Shown: piece after piece, positions 1 to 18,522 of the stretch
How the letters are laid out: every line of letters begins with the position of its first letter
How positions within the stretch are numbered: the stretch's first letter is position 1
Assembly: GCA_964016885.1 (NCBI GenBank)
Contig: CAXHJY010000461.1
Coordinates: 1 to 64,000, forward strand
DNA from: Eledone cirrhosa
Lineage: Eukaryota
Direction of reading: 5' to 3'
Length of the DNA stretch: 64,000 bases
The notes under the pieces: generated by a model
Database searches by the model: none
Told to the model about the DNA's origin: nothing
Seen by the model: only the letters and a program-made list of their open reading frames with translations
Translations under genes and position numbers: made by a program

Positions 1-620
1 CCCCAAAAATATATACACACTTCAACAGCATTCTAATAACTATTGCCTGTACAGGTAATCAAAGTGTCAATCGAATGTTAGTTTCGTGTTTTAACAGTAC
101 AAATTTACAATACACACATAAAACCAGTGTATATACATACATGAGTGTGTATACACATACATGAATGTGTATATACAATATATATGTATATATATATATA
201 GACACATATATTCACGGTGCAACGGTACATTAAAATATAGATGCGGGAGAGTGGGGTGTATATATAGGGGCGCTGGGGATAAAGGAGTGTAAAGCGTGTG
301 TAATTGATATATTGAAGGAGAGGAGCGTGCAGCGATAGAGTAACAAATATATAGAGAGGGGGAGAGATGGTATTGAAGGGGAGGAGTGCAAAGCGAAAGA
401 GTAAGAGATATATATAGAGACGGAACAGATAGAGAGAAACAGGCGTAAGTAACAGTGGAAGAGATATAGAGAGAGGTACTCTGATTGGTTGAAAATTAGC
501 CAATGACATACGATCAACACCACCACGGCTATCCCCGAAAAATTTTTAAAGAAGCTAGGCATATATGTTAGAACACGAAAAGTGAACATTCTGTTGTTTC
601 ACACTTTTCGTGTTCTAACA

Positions 621-633
621 GATATATACATAC

Positions 634-718
<85 letters not shown>

Positions 719-726
719 CATACATA

Positions 727-758
<32 letters not shown>

Positions 759-763
759 CATAC

Positions 764-796
<33 letters not shown>

Positions 797-988
797 CATA
801 CATATATATATATATACATACATACATATATATATACATACATACATATATATATACATACATACATATATATATACATACATATATATATACATACATA
901 CATATATACATACATACATATATATATACATACATACATATATATATACATACATACATATATACATATATATATATATACATACATA

Positions 989-1029
<41 letters not shown>

Positions 1030-1038
1030 ACATACATA

Positions 1039-1090
<52 letters not shown>

Positions 1091-1440
1091 CATATATATA
1101 TATACATATATATATATACATACATATATATATATACATACATATATATATATACATACATATATATATATACATACATATATATATATACATACATATA
1201 TATATATACATACATATATATATATACATACATATATATATATATACATACATATATATATATATACATACATATATATATATATATACATACATACATA
1301 TATATATATACATACATACATATATATATACATACATATATATATACATACATATATATATATATACATACATACATATATATATACATACATACATATA
1401 TATATACATATATATATATATACATACATATATATATACA
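621..1440. repeat. (TA)n/(TACA)n compound microsatellite
   Basis: Continuous TATA/TACATA array; source of the spurious Y/I/M/C ORFs. Confidence 0.98.
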
Positions 1441-4066
1441 TAATGATGGGGGACTTCAACCTCCCCGGAGTTGACTGGTCCACAAACACCCTGCCACCAG
1501 GTTCTTCTGCCTCAACCTCTGACAGGGAAGCTGTGGAATCGCTTCTTGACTTCATGGATGATTTCTTCCTATCCCAACTAGTGCTCGAACCAACGAGGTG
1601 CCACAAAAACGTCCTAGACTTAATTTTCAGCAATCACACTGACAATATCCACAATATTGCAGTGGAGAAAACTCTACTCTCTGATCATGACATGGTTCTC
1701 TGTGATCTGAGATTCCACCGTCCAATATACAAACCCAATGTCATTTCTCCTGTCCATCCGTTTGACGCTATGGATTTCCACAATGCAAACTGGGAAGCGA
1801 TCAGTCATGATCTTGCACATGTCGACTGGTCCTTCACGCACACTCATACACCCACTAACATCAAAAAGTCCTGGCAGACATTTGTGGACACTGTTACAAA
1901 CATATGTGCTAATCACACCCCATTAAGAACTATAAACAAATCTAAGAGCAGAATCCCTAGAAATAGAAAAACGCTCATCAGAAAAATTAAGAGAACGAAC
2001 AAAAAAATCAACAATCTGAAATACTGTCAGCAGCAACACATCAACTTGACTGCCATTTCATCACTAGAGATTAAAAAACATAACCTCCAAAACAACATAA
2101 TGTCCCTCATCAACAATCAGAGAAGAGCTGAAGAGGCCTGGGCCATTGAGAAGATCAAACTCAATCCCAAAGTGTTCTTTTCATTTGCAAAAAAACACAA
2201 AATCACTGGCTCTACTGTTGGCCCTCTAATTGATGAAAATGGCACTCTTCAAGACAATGCTAAAACCATGGGTGAGATACTGCAGAAACAATACTGCTCT
2301 GTTTTCAGCAATCCTGATATGGCCGATCTGGGCTGTATCGGCGATGTTACTCCCCATTACACCTTATCGGACATAACGTTTGGCGCCCCTGATGTCTTGG
2401 CGGCAATAAAGGAAATCAAGCATAATTCAGCAGTAGGTCCCGATAGGTTCCCTGCTTGTGTCTTGAAGGCGTGTCAACACCAACTTGCTTCTCCTCTTGC
2501 CAATCTGTGGCGGAACTCACTGGATGCTGGATATGTGCCAGAAAACCTTCTATCCCAGTCTGTTGTCCCAGTTTTCAAAAAGGGAAACAAATCCCTTGCC
2601 GTGAATTACCGTCCAATCTCACTCACCTCTCATATCATTAAGGTATTTGAGCGAGTGGTGAGATCGCGAATGACCCACTTCCTTGAGAGTAACAATATGC
2701 TGAACTCCAACCAGCATGGATTCCGTAATGGAAGGGATTGCCTGACGCAACTACTGCATCACTTTGATGACATTTTGAGAGCCTTGGGAGAGGGTTCCAA
2801 CACTGATGTTATCTACCTTGATTTCAGCAAGGCCTTTGACAGGGTTGATCATAACATTCTACTGAGAAAGCTGTCCAATATTGGTGTCACTGGAAAGCTG
2901 CTGCAGTGGATCAAGAGCTTCCTGTCAAACAGAACCCAACATGTTGTAGTTGAGGGAGTCAAATCAAGCCCAGCCAAAGTCAGTAGTGGAGTCCCACAAG
3001 GCACTGTGTTGGGCCCACTTCTCTTCATCATCTATATTAATGACATCACTGACATCATCAAACACAGCAACATTAAAATTTTCGCTGATGATTCCAAGCT
3101 CCAAAAGGTCATCAATGGCGTGGATGACCGGATAAGCCTTCAGTCAGACCTACTGGCTGTTACCCAATGGGCAGAAAAGAACAACATGTTACTGAACGAA
3201 GACAAATTCGAACTGATCCACTTTGGAAAAGAGGATGCTCTGAAACTCCCGTACTCCCTTCCCTCCGGGGAAACTCTCGTGGCATCTAACAACATCAGAG
3301 ACTTGGGAGTAACCGTGGACAGCAACATAAGCTGGACCACGCATATAAGCAGCAAAGTTGACATGGCCCGCAGAATGTGTTCCTGGATCCTCAGAACCTT
3401 CCAGTCGAGAGATTCCCGCACCATTATCCTTCTCTTCTCTACTTTCGCCCGACCACACCTTGAATACTGTTGTCCACTGTGGTCTCCCCACACGAAACAA
3501 AGTATCATGAAACTTGAAGCTCCTCAAAGGGCAATCACGAAAAAGATAGATGGCATGTCAGACCTTGACTACTGGGGTCGATTGGAAAACCTGAAACTTT
3601 ACTCACTCCAACGTCGCCGTGAGCGTTATATTATCTGCATGATGTGGAAAATGTTCCATCATCACTGCCCAAATGATGTTGGCATCGCCTTCAAGATACA
3701 CCCAAGGCTTGGGCCCCGTGCTATCCGTCCCATTCAAAAATCTAAATCGCAACTCATAACAACAATACGGCACAATTATTTCACCTCAATCGGCCCTGCT
3801 CTCTTCAACATCACACCAGGACACGTCAAAACAGAAACTGACCACACAAAATTCAAGAAGTCTTTGGACAAATTCCTCCAAGTAATCCCGGACAAACCAC
3901 CCACACCCGGATATGTCTCCGCAAACAGTAATTCTCTTCTCGAATGGGCCATGGTGCCCAAATCCTGAATTGAAAGACTTCGCCAGGTGGTGCTATTAAG
4001 TTAGACATGGCCTGGGCCAATACTGGCCAAAACATTTCAAAGTTATTCAAAGTTATTCAAAGTTAC
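1441..4066 (+). mobile_element. 5'-truncated CR1-group non-LTR retrotransposon (APE C-terminus plus RT), inserted in microsatellite
   Basis: ORF open 1443-3968 with [50 protein letters not shown]; short 3'UTR ending in (TTCAAAGTTA)x3 at ~4036-4066. Confidence 0.93.
1443..3968 (+). CDS. LINE ORF2 (endonuclease remnant plus reverse transcriptase), uninterrupted
   Basis: Part of ORF 582..3968 downstream of the microsatellite; about 840 codons without a stop, RT motifs intact. Confidence 0.9.
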   Translation: MMGDFNLPGVDWSTNTLPPGSSASTSDREAVESLLDFMDDFFLSQLVLEPTRCHKNVLDLIFSNHTDNIHNIAVEKTLLSDHDMVLCDLRFHRPIYKPNVISPVHPFDAMDFHNANWEAISHDLAHVDWSFTHTHTPTNIKKSWQTFVDTVTNICANHTPLRTINKSKSRIPRNRKTLIRKIKRTNKKINNLKYCQQQHINLTAISSLEIKKHNLQNNIMSLINNQRRAEEAWAIEKIKLNPKVFFSFAKKHKITGSTVGPLIDENGTLQDNAKTMGEILQKQYCSVFSNPDMADLGCIGDVTPHYTLSDITFGAPDVLAAIKEIKHNSAVGPDRFPACVLKACQHQLASPLANLWRNSLDAGYVPENLLSQSVVPVFKKGNKSLAVNYRPISLTSHIIKVFERVVRSRMTHFLESNNMLNSNQHGFRNGRDCLTQLLHHFDDILRALGEGSNTDVIYLDFSKAFDRVDHNILLRKLSNIGVTGKLLQWIKSFLSNRTQHVVVEGVKSSPAKVSSGVPQGTVLGPLLFIIYINDITDIIKHSNIKIFADDSKLQKVINGVDDRISLQSDLLAVTQWAEKNNMLLNEDKFELIHFGKEDALKLPYSLPSGETLVASNNIRDLGVTVDSNISWTTHISSKVDMARRMCSWILRTFQSRDSRTIILLFSTFARPHLEYCCPLWSPHTKQSIMKLEAPQRAITKKIDGMSDLDYWGRLENLKLYSLQRRRERYIICMMWKMFHHHCPNDVGIAFKIHPRLGPRAIRPIQKSKSQLITTIRHNYFTSIGPALFNITPGHVKTETDHTKFKKSLDKFLQVIPDKPPTPGYVSANSNSLLEWAMVPKS

Positions 4067-6416
<2,350 letters not shown>

Positions 6417-7024
6417 GGTGGCTGCCAACTCGTTTTCGAGTACGGCCACTACTTTATATCCATGTAGGAGAACCCCTACCGATGCGCTGAACGAGTGTGA
6501 CATTTTAGTCCAGCCAGCGACTTGAAAACTCTGGTACAAACACTACACTTGTGACAATTATTGACACATAGTGCTGGGCCCATGGTTCCATGTGACGACA
6601 AGTGCAGAGAGATCTCCAGATATAAAGCAATGCCTGTGCTGTGAAACTTTTATAGTGAACAAAGGCACTGCACAAAGCCAGTCCCACTCTCTTAACCAAG
6701 ATGATATTTACCAAAAAGAAGAACAAGTCAACATCATTGGATACCGTCAGGGTTGCAGGTGTTATATCAGAGTTTTCCTTCTCCTAGAATTCTGCCTTTA
6801 CAAAGGCTAAGGGGTCATCTCTCCCGGTGATTTTGGATGGCCATTGACTCTTAAGAGCTCCTTTGCCCTTTGACAGGTTTTGTTTTTAGTTCTGCAGGAT
6901 GTCCAAAGTCACCCTCCTCACCAAGAAACCTTGGTGGGGTTGCCAGTTTAGTCGCCAACGACCCGACCATGAGACAGGTTGTACTGGGATACATGTTACC
7001 AGTAGCACCAACTGGTGACCTGAC
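6417..7024 (-). mobile_element. Non-coding ~600-bp RTE-5'UTR-derived short retroelement (copy 1)
   Basis: Highly similar inverted copy at 28306-28828; RTE-5'UTR-like segment GTTTTCCTTCTCCTAG...AAAGGCTAAG; HDV-like fold at its 5' end; inserted in (TA)n. Confidence 0.75.
6939..7024 (-). ncRNA. HDV-like ribozyme remnant (P1 and most of the P2 5' strand missing)
   Basis: Minus strand: gt-CAG-gtcaccag-TTG-gtgctact-GG-taac...gttg-gcga-CTAA-actggcaac, matching the order P3/L3/P3'/P1'/GG/P4/J4-2/P2'. Confidence 0.55.
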
Positions 7025-9729
<2,705 letters not shown>

Positions 9730-12713
9730 CAACATTGTGACGGCTATGACGGATTCCATGGAGGCTATGTGTTCGGTACTAGAAATGAGGAAGGCTCCAG
9801 AATCCTGGAATTCTGTGACGCAAATAACCTAACTATCTCTAACACTAACTTCAAAAAACGAGACAATCACTTGATCACCTTCAGATCAGAGGAACATAAC
9901 AGCCAGGTAGATTATATCCTTACCAGAAGACGTGACAGAGTGTCTGTTGTAAACACTAAATCCCTCCCCCATGAAGAATGCACCTCCCAACAAAGACTGA
10001 TAATTAGCGACCTCATAGTCAGGACTAGACGTACTCGACAGCAGAAGAGGACTATCCTCAGGAGAAAAATATGGAAGCTAAAGGACCCCATAGCCAGAAA
10101 TAAATTTAAAAGCCTATTACTTGATGCTTTCGACAGTAAGGAAGAGCAATTAGAGTCGTATAATATAGAGGAACAGTGGGAATTCCTGAAAGCAAACCTG
10201 CTGACGGCGGCAGACGAAGTCTGTGGCTGGAGCAGGCCTGTAGGTAGGAGGAGAGTAACATGGTGGTGGAACAGTAAGGTGGAGGAGTCAATTAAGGCCA
10301 AAAAGCAGGCTTGGAAAGTATGGCGGGATGGGGGAAGTAGAGAAGACTATCAAGTGGCCAGGAGGGAAGCTAGGAGACAAGTGTACTTCGCAAGAAGGGA
10401 AGCAGAGGAAAGAAAGTTCAAGCATGTTCTACAACGCGAGGACCAAAAACGTGAGGTGTTCAGGATTTCTAGGCAATGTGTCAAGGAAAATCGTGATATT
10501 GTCGGGGAGAAGTGTGTACTTAATGATGATGGCATACTTGCCATCACTGACGCTGATAAGAAGGTAGCTTGGAAGTATCACTACGAAAGGCTTCTAAATG
10601 AGGAGAACAAATGGGAAAAAGACAGTCTCCCCCACATCGACCCAATAGAGGGACCAGCAGTGTTAGTCGAAGCTAGTATAATAGGTAAGGCAATCAAAGA
10701 TATGAAGACGGGTAAGGCGGCTGGGCCTTCGGAAATAGTTGCTGAGATGCTGAAAGCCTCTGGAACTGTGGGACACACCATGGTCACCCGGATAGTAAAC
10801 CAAGTCATACAGAATGGGGTTGTTCCGAAGGACTGGCATAGCAGCATCATCATTAACTGTTACAAGGGTAAAGGAGATGCCCTAGATAGGTGTAACTATA
10901 GAGGCATTAAATTAATCGACCAGGTCATGAAGGTCACGGAAAAAGTAATAGCGCAACTAATCAGAGAGAGAATTGATCTAGATGAAATGCAGTTCGGGTT
11001 TGTGTCAGGAAAAAGTACCACAGACGGTCTTTTCATCGTACGACAACTACAGGAGAAGTACCTAGCTAAAAATAAACCCCTATACTTAGCTTTTGATGAC
11101 TTGGAGAAAGCTTTCGACAGAGTCCCCCGTTCCATTATCTGGTGGGCTCTTAGAAAACTAGGTGTTGACGAATGGCTTGTGAGAGCTATACAAGCCATGT
11201 ATAAAGAAACAGTCAGCAAGGTTAGAATTAACAACGAATATAGTGAAGAGTTTAGCGTAAAAGTTGGTGTCCATCAGGGCTCTGTTCTTAGCCCCCCTAC
11301 TATTTATTATTGCCCTTCAGGCTATAACAGAGGAGTTCAAGACAGGCTGCCCATGGGAACTCCTATACGCAGATGATCTAACGCTCATAGCTGAATCAAT
11401 GACCGAGCTAGAGAAGAAATTCCAAACATGGAAGCACAGCCTAGAATCAAAAGGCCTTAAAATTAACCTGGCTAAGACTAAAGTTCTAGTTTGTAGGAAA
11501 GAAAATAAGGCGCCGGTCCCTTTCGGGAAATGGTCGTGCTCGGTGTGTAGGAAAGGCGTAGGTAGAAACTCCATTTTATGTCCCAAATGCAAAGTATGGG
11601 TGCATAAAAGATGTAGTGGGATCACAGGTAAGCTAACTAAGAACATAGATTTTACATGTGGCCGGTGCTCTGGTGCAATAAATAAGTAGCAGCAAGTGCC
11701 CACAGAATACTAGCTCTTTCAATTGCGCAGAGGGTTCTATAGAAATAGTGGACAGCTTCCGTTACCTGGGTGACAAAATCAGCAGTGGGGGAGGGTGCTC
11801 TGAAAGTACAGTAGCTAGAGTCAGAACTGGATGGAAAAAGTTCAGAGAGCTTATACCACTATTAGCCGCTAAAGGGTTCTCCCTAAAAATGAAAGGCAGG
11901 TTATATGATGCCTGCATATGAACAGCAATGCTGCATGGCAGTGAGACCTGGGCATTGTGTGCAGAGGATATACGCAGACTAGAGAGGAACGAAGCTTGCC
12001 TGCTCCGCTGGATGTGTAATAGTAATATACGTGAACGGCTAAGCATAGACGAACTAAGGAAAAAATTAGAAATAAGAGGGATCAGATGTTGTTTACTCGA
12101 GAGAAGGCTACATTGGTATGGTCACGTGATGTGCATGAAAGTCGATAGCTGTATAACAAAGTGCAGGGCAATAAAGATAGACGGTAGTCACGGAATAGGC
12201 AGACCTAGAAAATCCTGGGACGAGCTGATAAACTCCGACATCACACACTTACACCTCTCCAAGACAATGTCACTGGACCGAGACCTTTGGCGGTACTCAG
12301 TAACAGAGAAGACCCGCCTTACCTAAATATATAGTAAAACCTACTCCAGCCAGTAGGCATCTCTAACAAAATACACCCCGTACCACCACCACCACCCCCA
12401 CCCCATCCACACCACCCCGTTCTATGTAAAGTTATGTTGGTGCCGCGCCATCCAGGCCGAAACAAATGAGATCGTGTAGGTGTCACGACAAAAAACACAC
12501 AGTCCACGCTGTAATGTGGCCGTGTAGGCAACACGGTAAAAACCTCCCAGATCCACACTGTAAATGTGGTTGGTGTTAGGAAGGGCATCCAACTGTAGAA
12601 AACCTGCCAGACAGTCCTGTGCGAGCAAGACAACCACTCTTGCCTCAAGTGGGAAAACCCCCGTCCAAACCCATGCAAGCGTGGAACACGGACGCTAAAC
12701 CCGATGATGATGA
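9730..12713 (+). mobile_element. 5'-truncated RTE-clade LINE (APE C-terminus, RT, PHD-like insert), frameshifted; (GAT)n tail
   Basis: ORFs 9613..11376 ([33 protein letters not shown]), 11264..11689 (LLYADD, Cys cluster) and 11928..12326 (RRLHWYGHV, GRPRKSW); ends ACCCATGCAAGCGTGG...GATGATGAT. Confidence 0.93.
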
Positions 12714-14236
12714 TACACATATATATATACACACATATATATATACACACATATATATACACACACATATATATATACACACACATATATATATACACAC
12801 ACATATATATATATACACACACATATATATATATACACACACATATATATATATATACACACATATATATATACACACACATATATATATATACACACAC
12901 ATATATATATACACACACATATATATATACACACACATATATATATATATACACATATATATATATATACACATATATATATATATACACATATATATAT
13001 ATATACACATATATATATATACACATATATATATATATACACATATATATATATATACACATATATATATATATACACATATATATATACACACATATAT
13101 ATATATATACACACATATATATATATATACACACATATATATATATATACACACATATATATATATATACACACATATATATATATATACACACATATAT
13201 ATATATATACACACATATATATATATATATACACACATATATATATATATATACACACATATATATATATATACACACATATATATATATACACACATAT
13301 ATATATATACACACATATATATATATACACACATATATATATATACACACATATATATATATACACACACATATATATATACACACACATATATATATAC
13401 ACACACATATATATATACACACACATATATATATATTCACACATATATATATATACACACACATATATATATATACACACATATATATATACACACACAT
13501 ATATATATACACACATATATATATACACACACACATATATATATACACACACATATATATACACACACATATATATATATACACATATATATATATACAC
13601 ATATATATATATACACATATATATATATATATATACACATATATATATATATATACACATATATATATACACACATATATATATATATACACATATATAT
13701 ATATACACATATATATATACACACATATATATATACACACATATATATATACACATATATATATATACACATATATATATATACACATATATATATATAT
13801 ACACACATATATATATATACACACATATATATATACACACATATATATATATACACACATATATATATATACACACATATATATATATACACACATATAT
13901 ATATATACACACATATATATATACACACATATATATATACACACATATATATATACACATATATATATATACACACATATATATATACACACATATATAT
14001 ATATACACACACATATATATATATACACACACATATATATATATACACACACATATATACACATATATATATACACATATATATATATATACACATATAT
14101 ATATACACACATATATATATACACATATATATATACACATATATATATATATATATACACATACACATATATATATATATATACACATACACATATATAT
14201 ATATATATACACATACACATATATATATATATACAC
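12714..14236. repeat. (TA)n(CA)n compound microsatellite
   Basis: TATATACACACA-type array. Confidence 0.98.
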
Positions 14237-14293
14237 ATCATAGCCCTAATACTAACCCCACAAGTATCAAAGTTATGTTTAAAACATTTAATC

Positions 14294-14338
14294 GCTGACA
14301 ATTGTTTCTTCCAAACTTAAGCTTGGAGTCCTCGGAGC
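14294..14338 (-). ncRNA. Minimal type-I hammerhead ribozyme (U4C core variant) in left pLTR
   Basis: Minus strand: GCT-CCGAGGA-cTCCAAGCttaaGTTTGGAa-GAAA-CAATTG-TC-AGC. Confidence 0.75.
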
Positions 14339-17300
14339 ATTATTAATGTTTGTACATATAATTAACCTCCTATTCAACTGAAGAATCATACAGATACATA
14401 TATATTGATGTTGTGGACAACAGTTTCATGTTTACAGGGTGGAATGGATGCGACATATATTATACGAGAATTGTACAATAATACAAATTAAGATTAAAAT
14501 TAAAATTAAAAATTAAAAATTAAAAATTAAAAGCAAAGGGTGGAATACATGCGACATAATACAAGAGAATAGTCTAATAATTAAATTAAAGAGATAGTAC
14601 ATGCGTTAGTCATATATAAAGGAATGGAACAAGCAAATATATCATGCATATATGAGTACTGTATGGCGAGGTATTAGATGAAATACAAGCACTATAACTA
14701 CAAGCACCTGACTAGATCCCAGATTGATGTCATACTTTCAGCCCGAAAAACCATAATTACATTTGAAGATCAATTATGGACTCGCAAGGATACGCATAAC
14801 AACTTTGACATAACTATGGGATCTAGTGACTCAGCGCAGGTCACTGGTTTGGTGGGCCTATATCTACTAAATGAAAATCATAAAGACCTACCCTACCTCA
14901 ATGGTGGTTTATACCGCGATGATGCACTACTCCTTATAGACTATAAAAAACTTAATATAGAAAGAACTAGGAAACTATTACATAAAACTTTCAAAAACTT
15001 CAACTTAAGTATCACCATAGACAAAAACACTAAAAATGTTAACTTCCTTGATGCTACCCTTTACCTAGACTCTAAAATATATACACCCTTTCATAAACCT
15101 AACGAAAAACTAATTTATGTAGATACCAAGTCTAACCACCCTAAATCCATATTAAACTCAATCACTAAAGGAATATCTAATAGAATCTCTAATCTATCTT
15201 ATAACAAAACCATATTTAACAATAATTCACAATACTATAATCAGGCATTAGCTAAATCAGGCCATAATAATGGGATTGAATTCCTACCTATAAAATCACA
15301 TAGTTACAACATTATTTCTCACAATATGGCCATGAGGAAAAATAATAATAATAGCCACCCTTGCTCTAATACGAAGGGTAATATCAAACTTAACTCGCAC
15401 CAAAATAGACACCAAAATAATATTATAAACAGAAATACCTCGATATTATAAAAAAACAAAAATAGAAGAACTAATACATTTTTCAATCCCTCTTTCAATC
15501 TAAACGTCCCTACCAACTTGCCTAAGGTTTTCTTCTCAATCCTAGAAAAAACTTCCCATCTGGCCACCATAATCTTATAAATAAAAACACCATTAAAATC
15601 TCTTACTCTACCACACCTAACATAGCATACCATATAGCTAGTAGTAATAAAAGAAAGATTAATACTTATTTTCAACAAATTAAAACACAGCAGGAGGTAA
15701 ACTTTCAGAACAACATAATAACTACAAACCCTAATAGCAATAGTAATAACACTAATGAAATCAATAACATTAAGAACGACAACCATCATAGCCCTAATAC
15801 TAACCCTAGCAACCAGACTTCTACACAACATAATAACCGGCAAGATAACATCCAAAATAAATGCAACTGTAGATCAAATAGAACTTGCCCTTTAGGTAAC
15901 AACTGCTTAATCAAAGACATCATTTACTCCTGCACTGTCAACACTAACAACTCTTCTAAAACATATATAGGCTCTACTTCGAACTGCTTCAAGACGAGAT
16001 ACAACTCGCACCTCCACTCTTTCAAAAAACACAATCTAGCCAACTCCACTTCACTATCTAGCTACATACACTATTTGAAAACTAGGAATAGAACATATAC
16101 ACTTCAATGGGAAGTAGTAGGTAGAGCTGCATTGTATAAACCACCTAATAAATTTTGTAACCTCTGTCTCCTAGAGACCCATACTATAATCTCTTCGAAT
16201 CTTAACCTCCTAAATAAAAAATCTGAAGTGTTTGCATCGTGCCAGCATCGCTTCCAACACTCATTCCATAGCTTTAAACCTAGTATATAACAATGTCAGA
16301 TTTGAACTCATCAGCACCATTAGCACTTCACCTCTAAGACTTGCCTTCCACCGCTGCATCACACTCTTTGATTCACCCTTTCCTCTACACAAATCATTTT
16401 TATCTCTAACATTATACTCTAGAAATATTCTTATAGTCACTATCTTTTAATATAATTACTTTAGATTACTTATAATTATATAGTGATTGAAATATAATAT
16501 AATATATATAAACTTTAAATATTAAATGTAACATTGAATTATATATACATTTATAATTAAATGTATAAATTAATAACATTGTATATAAAGGATAAATTTA
16601 TTAACATAAGGAATGTATCTAACTTAAATGTAATATGGAACAATGAATTATATATATACAATTATAATTAAATGTATAAGTTAATAACATTGTATATAAA
16701 GGATTAATTTATTTACTCAAGGGATGTATCTAATTTATCATGCAAACAGCTATACGTTATTCCATAACTTACCAAATATTGGGTAGACAACAATCTAATG
16801 AAACCTTTAATATATTATGAGAGAGCAGACTGTATTTGAAATTAAATATAAATATATAACATTTTGTATAAGGGATTCAATTGTGGCACTATATAATATT
16901 GGGTAGACAACAATCTAATGAAACCTTTAATATATTATGAGAAATTAAATATAAATACATAACTTTTTTATATAAGGGATTCAATTGAGGATCTATATAA
17001 TGTCTATTAGAGCAAGGAATTTAATGAGCTAGTTACCTCCCCTTGCGGATTAGTTCCCCTTAATTTCATATCCACTTCTGGATATTAAACCGTTGAAAAT
17101 TCTCGCAGAACAACTCTAATCCATAAATATGGATAAAATAACACCAAGTTACAATGCATTACTATAACAAACATTCAATACAGATATAACTTAACATATG
17201 TAATGGATGTGAAATCTGTAAGTTTCATAATCTACACACCTACAAATTTGAACTATACAGAAAATATCATCGCATTGCATCCCCCATAATACACTAACAT

Positions 17301-17660
17301 ATTCGCTTATAGTGCTTGTATTTCATGTAATACCTTGCCATACAGTACTCATATATGCATGATATATTTGCTTGTTCCATTCCTTTATATATGACTAACG
17401 CATGTACTATCTCTTTAATTTAATTATTAGACTATTCTCTTGTATTATCTGTCACATGTATTCCACCCTTTGCTTTTAATTTTAATTTTTTATTTTTAAT
17501 TTTAATCTTAATTTGAATTATTGCACAATTCTCGTATAATATATGTCGCATCCATTCCACCCTGTAAACATGAAACTGTTGTCCACAACATCAATATATA
17601 TGTATCTATATGATTCTTCAGTTAAATAGGAGGTTAATTATATGTACAAACATTAATAAT

Positions 17661-17705
17661 GCTCCGAGGACTCCAAGCCTAAGTTTGGAAGAAACAATTG
17701 TCAGC
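17661..17705 (+). ncRNA. Minimal type-I hammerhead ribozyme (U4C core variant) in right pLTR
   Basis: GCT-CCGAGGA-cTCCAAGCctaaGTTTGGAa-GAAA-CAATTG-TC-AGC; palindromic stem III. Confidence 0.75.
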
Positions 17706-17892
17706 GATTAAATGTTTTAAACATAACTTTGATACTTGTGTAATCTATATTACTGCTCTGTAAAACAACTGATGTTCTTACATTGAGATATTTCTCTTAC
17801 TGGTAATAAGGTAGTAATAATTTACTCACCTTCCCTGTTTATAGTTGTTTATAGTTTAGTATATACATAACTATAAATAGTATCTTTAATAT

Positions 17893-18234
17893 TATCATCA
17901 TCATTTCATTTTACGTCCACTTTTCCCTGCTTGCAAGGGTGTGACGGGAACTGATTCTGGCTTGATTTCTACAGCTGGATGCCCTTCCTAACACCAACCT
18001 CATTTACAGTGAGTGCTGGGTGCTTTTCTTTGCCGTGGCACCTCCACGACCACTTTGCAGTGGAATGATAGAGACCCCCAGTCCCTATCATCTCATTTCT
18101 ACAGCTCAGTAAACTGGAGCAATGTGAAATAAAGTGCCTTGCTCAAGGAAACAACACATCACCCGGTCTGAGAATTGAACTCACAACCTTTCGATTGCAA
18201 GGCCAATGCGCTAACCACTAAGCCATGTGCCCCC
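17893..18234 (-). mobile_element. tRNA-derived SINE family A (CORE-like plus Meta-like domains, RTE-type tail)
   Basis: Minus strand: A box TGGCTTAGTGG, B box GTTCAATTC, CCTTGAGCAAGGCAC, AGGAAGGGCATCCAGC, TGATGA tail; copies at 29778 and 35238. Confidence 0.88.
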
Positions 18235-18401
18235 ATTAATACACACATACAACTATGTATACATACATGTATATGGTGGAAGTGGAGGAGGTTTCGACAT
18301 TTTGGAAAGAAGTCCTTCGGGAAAGTTCGAATAAGGAGAAGAACAGATACATGTAAGAGTAGTTAGAGAAGGAAATTTAAAAATAAAAAAAAGAAATGAA
18401 A

Positions 18402-18522
18402 TAGAAAATATAAATTTAAGTAGATTTATCTTTTTGCTTTGACCGGGAACAATGACTACAATTTGTAGTCATTGTTCCTAATCAAAACAAAAAGATAAAT
18501 CTACTTAAATTTATATTTTCTA
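18402..18522. repeat. Fold-back palindrome, about 120 bp
   Basis: TAGAAAATATAAATTTAAGTAGATTTATCTTTTTG...CAAAAAGATAAATCTACTTAAATTTATATTTTCTA centred on GACTACAATTTGTAGTC. Confidence 0.9.

Larger units (their letters stand above)
14259..17740 (+). mobile_element. Penelope-like element (Neptune-like), 5'-truncated, between ~435-bp inverted pseudo-LTRs
   Basis: RT remnant 14678..15451 (ITMGSSDSAQV, GLYRDD, VNFLD, SNHPKS); Cys-rich linker and GIY-YIG at ~15860-16290 (CNCRSNRTCPL, DIIY...TYIGST, CNLCLLE); 14259-14697 is the reverse complement of 17307-17740. Confidence 0.92.

Noticed and set aside
6571-6810. 79-aa ORF conserved in two copies (also 28435..28674)
   Set aside because: Antisense to the repeat, no ATG start and no recognisable domain; conservation is explained by recent copying
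18160-18234. tRNA-like sequence (also at 25297, 30050, 35500, 48364)
   Set aside because: SINE heads continuing into CORE or Nin-like domains, not tRNA genes
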